Below are positions 26,859 to 32,000 of a stretch of DNA of 32,000 nt, piece after piece. How positions within the stretch are numbered: the stretch's first letter is position 1; every line of letters starts with the position of its first letter. Origin of the DNA: an uncultured Actinomycetes bacterium (GTDB taxonomy: Bacteria > Actinomycetota > Actinomycetes > S36-B12 > CAIYMF01); NCBI GenBank assembly GCA_963843975.1, contig CAWJMG010000003.1, forward strand, positions 1,380,001-1,412,000, in the 5' to 3' direction. Both the position numbers and the translations under genes were made by a program. The notes under the pieces were generated by a model. That model had not been told where the DNA came from. It saw only the letters and a program-made list of their open reading frames with translations, and did no database searches.

Positions 26859-26902
26859 CTGCCCGTGCAGCCGCCGCGGAGCGCGGTCGGCTGCACGGGC
26901 AG
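26859..26902. terminator. long bidirectional hairpin between convergent Clp_N and acyl-CoA ligase genes
   Basis: CTGCCCGTGCAGCCGCCGCG-gag-CGCGGtCGGCTGCACGGGCAG: a stem of about 20 bp with a single bulge. Confidence 0.7.
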
Positions 26903-26914
26903 GGGTGCGTTCGA

Positions 26915-28792
26915 CTACTTGTTCGGGTACATCGACTCCAGGACGTCGGCGAACGACGTCTCGACGACCTTGCGCTTGATCTTCAGCGACGGCGTGAGCT
27001 CGCCGTCCTCGATCGACAGGTCGCGCGGAAGGATGCGCACGTCCTTGATGGTCTCCCACCGGTTGAGGCCCTGGTTGAGCTCGGCCATGGCGTCACGGAC
27101 GGTCTTCTCGACGGCCGGGTCCTTGGCCCACTCGGCCGGACCGCCCGCGATGCCGTTGGCCTCGGCGAAGCCTGCGGTGATGTCGGGGTCGAGGGTGACG
27201 AGCGCCGTCGCGTAGTTGCGGTTGTTTGCGTGCACGATGACGTTGCCGAGCAGCGGGCACAGCGCCTTGAACCGCGCCTCGATGAGACCGGGCGCGATGT
27301 ACTTGCCGCCCGAGGTCTTGATGAGGTCCTTCTTGCGGTCGGTGATGCGCACGTAGCCGTCGTCGTCGATCTCGCCGATGTCACCGGTGGCGAGCCAGCC
27401 GTCGCCGACGAGCATCTCGGACGTCGCCTCGGGCAGGTTGTAGTAGCCGCGCATGACGCCGCCGCCCTTGACGAGGATCTCGCCGTCGTCCGCGATCTTC
27501 ACGGTGGTGCCGGGGAAAGGCAGGCCGACCGAGCCGACGCGGTTCTTGCCCGGGCGGCCGACGACCGAGCCGGCCGATGTCTCGGTGAGGCCGTAGCCCT
27601 CGAGCAGCTCCAGACCGACGGCCTCGAACCACGAGCCGACGTCCTTGGACAGGGCGGCCGAGCCCGAGACGAGGTACTCGATGTTGCCGCCGAGGCGGTC
27701 GCGCACCTTGGAGAACACGAGGCGGTCGGCGAGGGCGTGCTGGGCGCCGAGGATCGGCGAGACGCTGCCCTTGCGCTTGGCCTCGGCGTGCTGCTTGCCG
27801 ACTCCGATGGCCCAGTTGAAGATCTTCTCCTTGGCGCCGCCCTCGGCCGCCTGCATCGACACGACGCGGGCGTAGACCTTCTCGTAGATGCGCGGCGCGC
27901 CGGCCATGAAGTTGGGCTTGATGATCGCGAGGTTGTCGACGATCTTGTCGACCCGGCCGTCGACGGCGCTCGTGAACCCGATCTGCAGCTGCGCCGAGAG
28001 CAGCACCTTGCCGAACGAGTGCGACAGCGGCAGCCACAGGAACTGCAGCTGGTCGGGGCGCAGGAGGCCGAGACCCTCGATCGAGGCGGCCTCGTAGGTC
28101 CAGTTGCTCTGGGTGAGCTCGACGCCCTTGGGGCGGCCGGTGGTGCCCGAGGTGTAGATGAGCGTGGCGAGGCTCTCCGGGCGGACGGCGTCGGTCGCGC
28201 GCGTCACGGCGTCGGCGTCCGAGTCGAGCAGTGCACGGCCGCGGCCGGCGAGGTCGTCCGAGGTGATGACCCATTCGTCGCCGCGCGAGGCGAGGTCGAT
28301 CCCGGTGGTGTCGATCAGGACGACCTTCTCGACCGCCGGGATCGAGCCGCGCTGGTCGTTCAGCTTCGCGAGCTGCTTGCCGTCCTCAGCGATGACGAAG
28401 CGCGAGCCCGAGTCGCTGAGGATGAACGCGACGTCCTCGGCGTTGGTGCTGGGGTACACCGTGGTCGTCGCGCCGCCCGCGGCCATCGTGGCCAGGTCGA
28501 AGAAGATCCACTCGAGGCGGGTGTTGCTCGCGATCGCGACGCGCTCCTCAGGCTGCAGACCGAGCGAGAGAAGGCCGGCGGCGAGCTCGGTCACGCGCTC
28601 GCCGCTGCGGCCCCAGCTCCAGGACTCCCAGCCGCCTCCGGCGGTGGGCGCCCGGAAGGCCTCGCGGGCCGGGTCGGCGGCGACGCGGTCGAAGAAGAGC
28701 CGGCCCAGCGACGCGGCGGGCTCGGGCATCGGCTCCGGGCCGGTGCTCGTGCGGCCGGCGCTGGGGGCCAGGGGCTCGGTGGTCTCGGACAC
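26915..28792 (-). CDS. long-chain fatty-acid--CoA ligase (AMP-dependent synthetase, FadD15-like)
   Basis: AMP-binding motif LIYTSGTTGRPKGV, plus ...GYGLTETS... and ...TGDIGEIDDDGYVRITDRKKDLIKTSGGKYIAP. GTG 28792 (SD GGAGGGA) is preferred over the track start at 28864. Confidence 0.85.
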   Translation of the reverse strand: MSETTEPLAPSAGRTSTGPEPMPEPAASLGRLFFDRVAADPAREAFRAPTAGGGWESWSWGRSGERVTELAAGLLSLGLQPEERVAIASNTRLEWIFFDLATMAAGGATTTVYPSTNAEDVAFILSDSGSRFVIAEDGKQLAKLNDQRGSIPAVEKVVLIDTTGIDLASRGDEWVITSDDLAGRGRALLDSDADAVTRATDAVRPESLATLIYTSGTTGRPKGVELTQSNWTYEAASIEGLGLLRPDQLQFLWLPLSHSFGKVLLSAQLQIGFTSAVDGRVDKIVDNLAIIKPNFMAGAPRIYEKVYARVVSMQAAEGGAKEKIFNWAIGVGKQHAEAKRKGSVSPILGAQHALADRLVFSKVRDRLGGNIEYLVSGSAALSKDVGSWFEAVGLELLEGYGLTETSAGSVVGRPGKNRVGSVGLPFPGTTVKIADDGEILVKGGGVMRGYYNLPEATSEMLVGDGWLATGDIGEIDDDGYVRITDRKKDLIKTSGGKYIAPGLIEARFKALCPLLGNVIVHANNRNYATALVTLDPDITAGFAEANGIAGGPAEWAKDPAVEKTVRDAMAELNQGLNRWETIKDVRILPRDLSIEDGELTPSLKIKRKVVETSFADVLESMYPNK

Positions 28793-28936
28793 TCTGGGGT
28801 CCCTCCGGTTGGTCGGCGAGGGCTCCCTTGAGGGCTCCCGTCGGCCTGACGTGTGGTGACGCACACTCTGCCGTGCCGACCGGCGCGAGGCCAGACTTTG
28901 TTACCCGCGAGTTAAGGACGGGTGGACGATCGGCCC

Positions 28937-30784
<1,848 letters not shown>

Positions 30785-31014
30785 GGCGCTCTGGTCGTCC
30801 TCGGGTCGGGTTCGGGGGCGCCCTCCCGCCGCCGAGGCGGCGCACGAGGCGCGGGCACCATCGTCCCACGTCCGCGGGCGTGCGCCCGCCGCACGTCCGT
30901 GCGGGCGAGTCCGGCGCCGCGTCCGGGCCTGCGGGGTCGCCGTACGCCGCTGACCTGCGGTTTCGCCGGTCGCGAGGCGGTCGCGGCGGTGCCGGGCCGC
31001 CGACCGGACCGGAT

Positions 31015-31044
31015 TTGGCCCCCGGACCCGCCGCCGGGTACCCT
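31015..31044 (+). promoter_or_regulatory. candidate rpsT promoter
   Basis: TTGGCC (31015-31020), an 18-nt spacer, then TACCCT (31039-31044). This would give a leader of about 110 nt. Weak, pattern-based only. Confidence 0.3.
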
Positions 31045-31159
31045 GGGCAGGTCAGTTGTGCGCGCTGTCCGCACGCGCGCCGACGCACCACTCCAGACCT
31101 GGCTCCACTCAGGCACGCCCACCGGCGTCCTGACGACACCGACGAAGGCGATAGGCACC

Positions 31160-31429
31160 GTGGCGAACATCAAGTCGCAGATCAAGCGCAACCGCACCAA
31201 CGAGGCAGCGCGCCTGCGCAACAAGTCGACCAAGTCGGCCCTCAAGACCGCGGTGCGCAAGTTCCACGCCGCCGCCGACGCCGGCGACGCCGCCCAGGTC
31301 GAGGAGCTCGCCCGCCAGGCGACCCGCGCCCTCGACAAGGCCGCGAGCAAGGGCGTCATCCACAAGAACCAGGCCGCCAACCGCAAGTCGGCGATCGCCA
31401 CCCGCGCCGCTGCGCTGGCCAAGGCCTGA
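31160..31429 (+). CDS. rpsT: 30S ribosomal protein S20
   Basis: GTG 31160 within track ORF 30050..31429. [35 protein letters not shown]... is canonical S20. 89 aa. Confidence 0.95.
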   Translation: MANIKSQIKRNRTNEAARLRNKSTKSALKTAVRKFHAAADAGDAAQVEELARQATRALDKAASKGVIHKNQAANRKSAIATRAAALAKA

Positions 31430-31445
31430 CGCACGCACCACGTCC

Positions 31446-31480
31446 GAGAGGGCGCCACCCCGCTGGGGTGGCGCCCTCTC
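31446..31480. terminator. perfect hairpin terminator between convergent rpsT and holA
   Basis: GAGAGGGCGCCACCCC-gct-GGGGTGGCGCCCTCTC: a 16-bp perfect stem 17 nt after the rpsT stop. Confidence 0.75.
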
Positions 31481-31502
31481 GCGTTGCTGGGGGAGGTGGC
31501 GG

Positions 31503-32000
31503 TCAGCGGGAGCGGTTGCGCACGGCGTGCAGCAGGGCGCTCTCGAGCACGTAGGTGCCCTGGTCGCGGTCGAGGCCCTCGTCGCTCATACTGCGCCCGG
31601 TGACCGAGCGGCCCTTCACGGCGGCGTCGGCCTTGGCGATCTCGACCAGGGCGGCAGCCAGCGCGGCGGGGTGCCAGCGGCCGGCCTGCTCGCGCAGGGT
31701 GCGGACCTTGAAGGGCGGCACTCCGGCCTCACGGGCGACGTCCGCCTCGGACGCACCCCGCGGGGCAGAGGCGACCCGGGCGAGGCCGCGCACTCCCCCG
31801 GCCACCGCAGCCGACAGGGCCGGGCCGGCGCCGGGGTCGTTGGCGAGCGCCCAGCGGGTACGGCGCAGCACCTCGACGGCCCGGCCGCCGAGCACGGCGT
31901 CGGACACGAGGTAGCCGGGGACGTCGGCGACGCCGCCGTAGTAGAGCGCGACGGACTCAGGGGTGATGGGGTCGTCCTGGACGTCGCTCACGAGCTGGGC
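31503..32000 (-). CDS. holA: DNA polymerase III subunit delta, C-terminal part (partial, continues beyond the right edge)
   Basis: ...LRRTRWALANDPGAGPALSAAVAGGVRGLARV...WHPAALAAALVEIAKADAAVKG... is the delta-subunit C-terminal domain. The position next to rpsT/lepA is conserved. The frame stays open to the window end. Confidence 0.8.
   Translation of the reverse strand, partial: AQLVSDVQDDPITPESVALYYGGVADVPGYLVSDAVLGGRAVEVLRRTRWALANDPGAGPALSAAVAGGVRGLARVASAPRGASEADVAREAGVPPFKVRTLREQAGRWHPAALAAALVEIAKADAAVKGRSVTGRSMSDEGLDRDQGTYVLESALLHAVRNRSR

Overview
High-GC (roughly 70-75% by eye) actinobacterial chromosomal DNA; the codon usage looks Micrococcales/Cellulomonas-like, but the taxon cannot be fixed from sequence alone. 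The window is mostly a housekeeping synteny block known from Mycobacterium and Streptomyces: glyQS, zur, uppS, recO, era, ybeY, phoH, rsmE, dnaJ, hrcA (with a CIRCE operator), hemW, lepA, rpsT and holA. Lineage-variable genes are interspersed: two GNATs, a VOC protein, a ZIP importer, a CDF exporter, an alpha/beta hydrolase, an AI-2E permease, a GAF-like LuxR regulator, an EamA permease, a PaaI thioesterase, DUF1059, a nitroreductase, PrsW with a DUF3097-like partner, DUF4870, an HTH plus Clp_N pair, and an acyl-CoA ligase. Genes were called from the ORF track using recognisable protein motifs, third-position GC, Shine-Dalgarno placement and start/stop overlaps. Many long Arg/Pro-rich ORFs in the track are off-frame shadows. 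I found no rRNA, tRNA, CRISPR array, transposase, integrase or phage genes, and no convincing evidence of a new multi-gene system such as a defence island. The points most worth a second look are: (1) a CDF metal exporter broken by a 1-nt frameshift, facing a Zur-box-controlled ZIP-zur operon; (2) an AT-rich near-consensus promoter with a perfect 12-bp palindrome and three GGTTAC repeats in front of an alpha/beta hydrolase; (3) a translationally coupled HTH plus stand-alone Clp_N gene pair with repeated operator-like sites and leaderless geometry; (4) a nitroreductase whose only SD-preceded ATG is out of frame, next to an unannotated-looking 52-aa membrane ORF; (5) an overlapping PrsW / DUF3097-like pair divergent from hrcA. 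All functional calls come from my reading of the translations; no database search was run.
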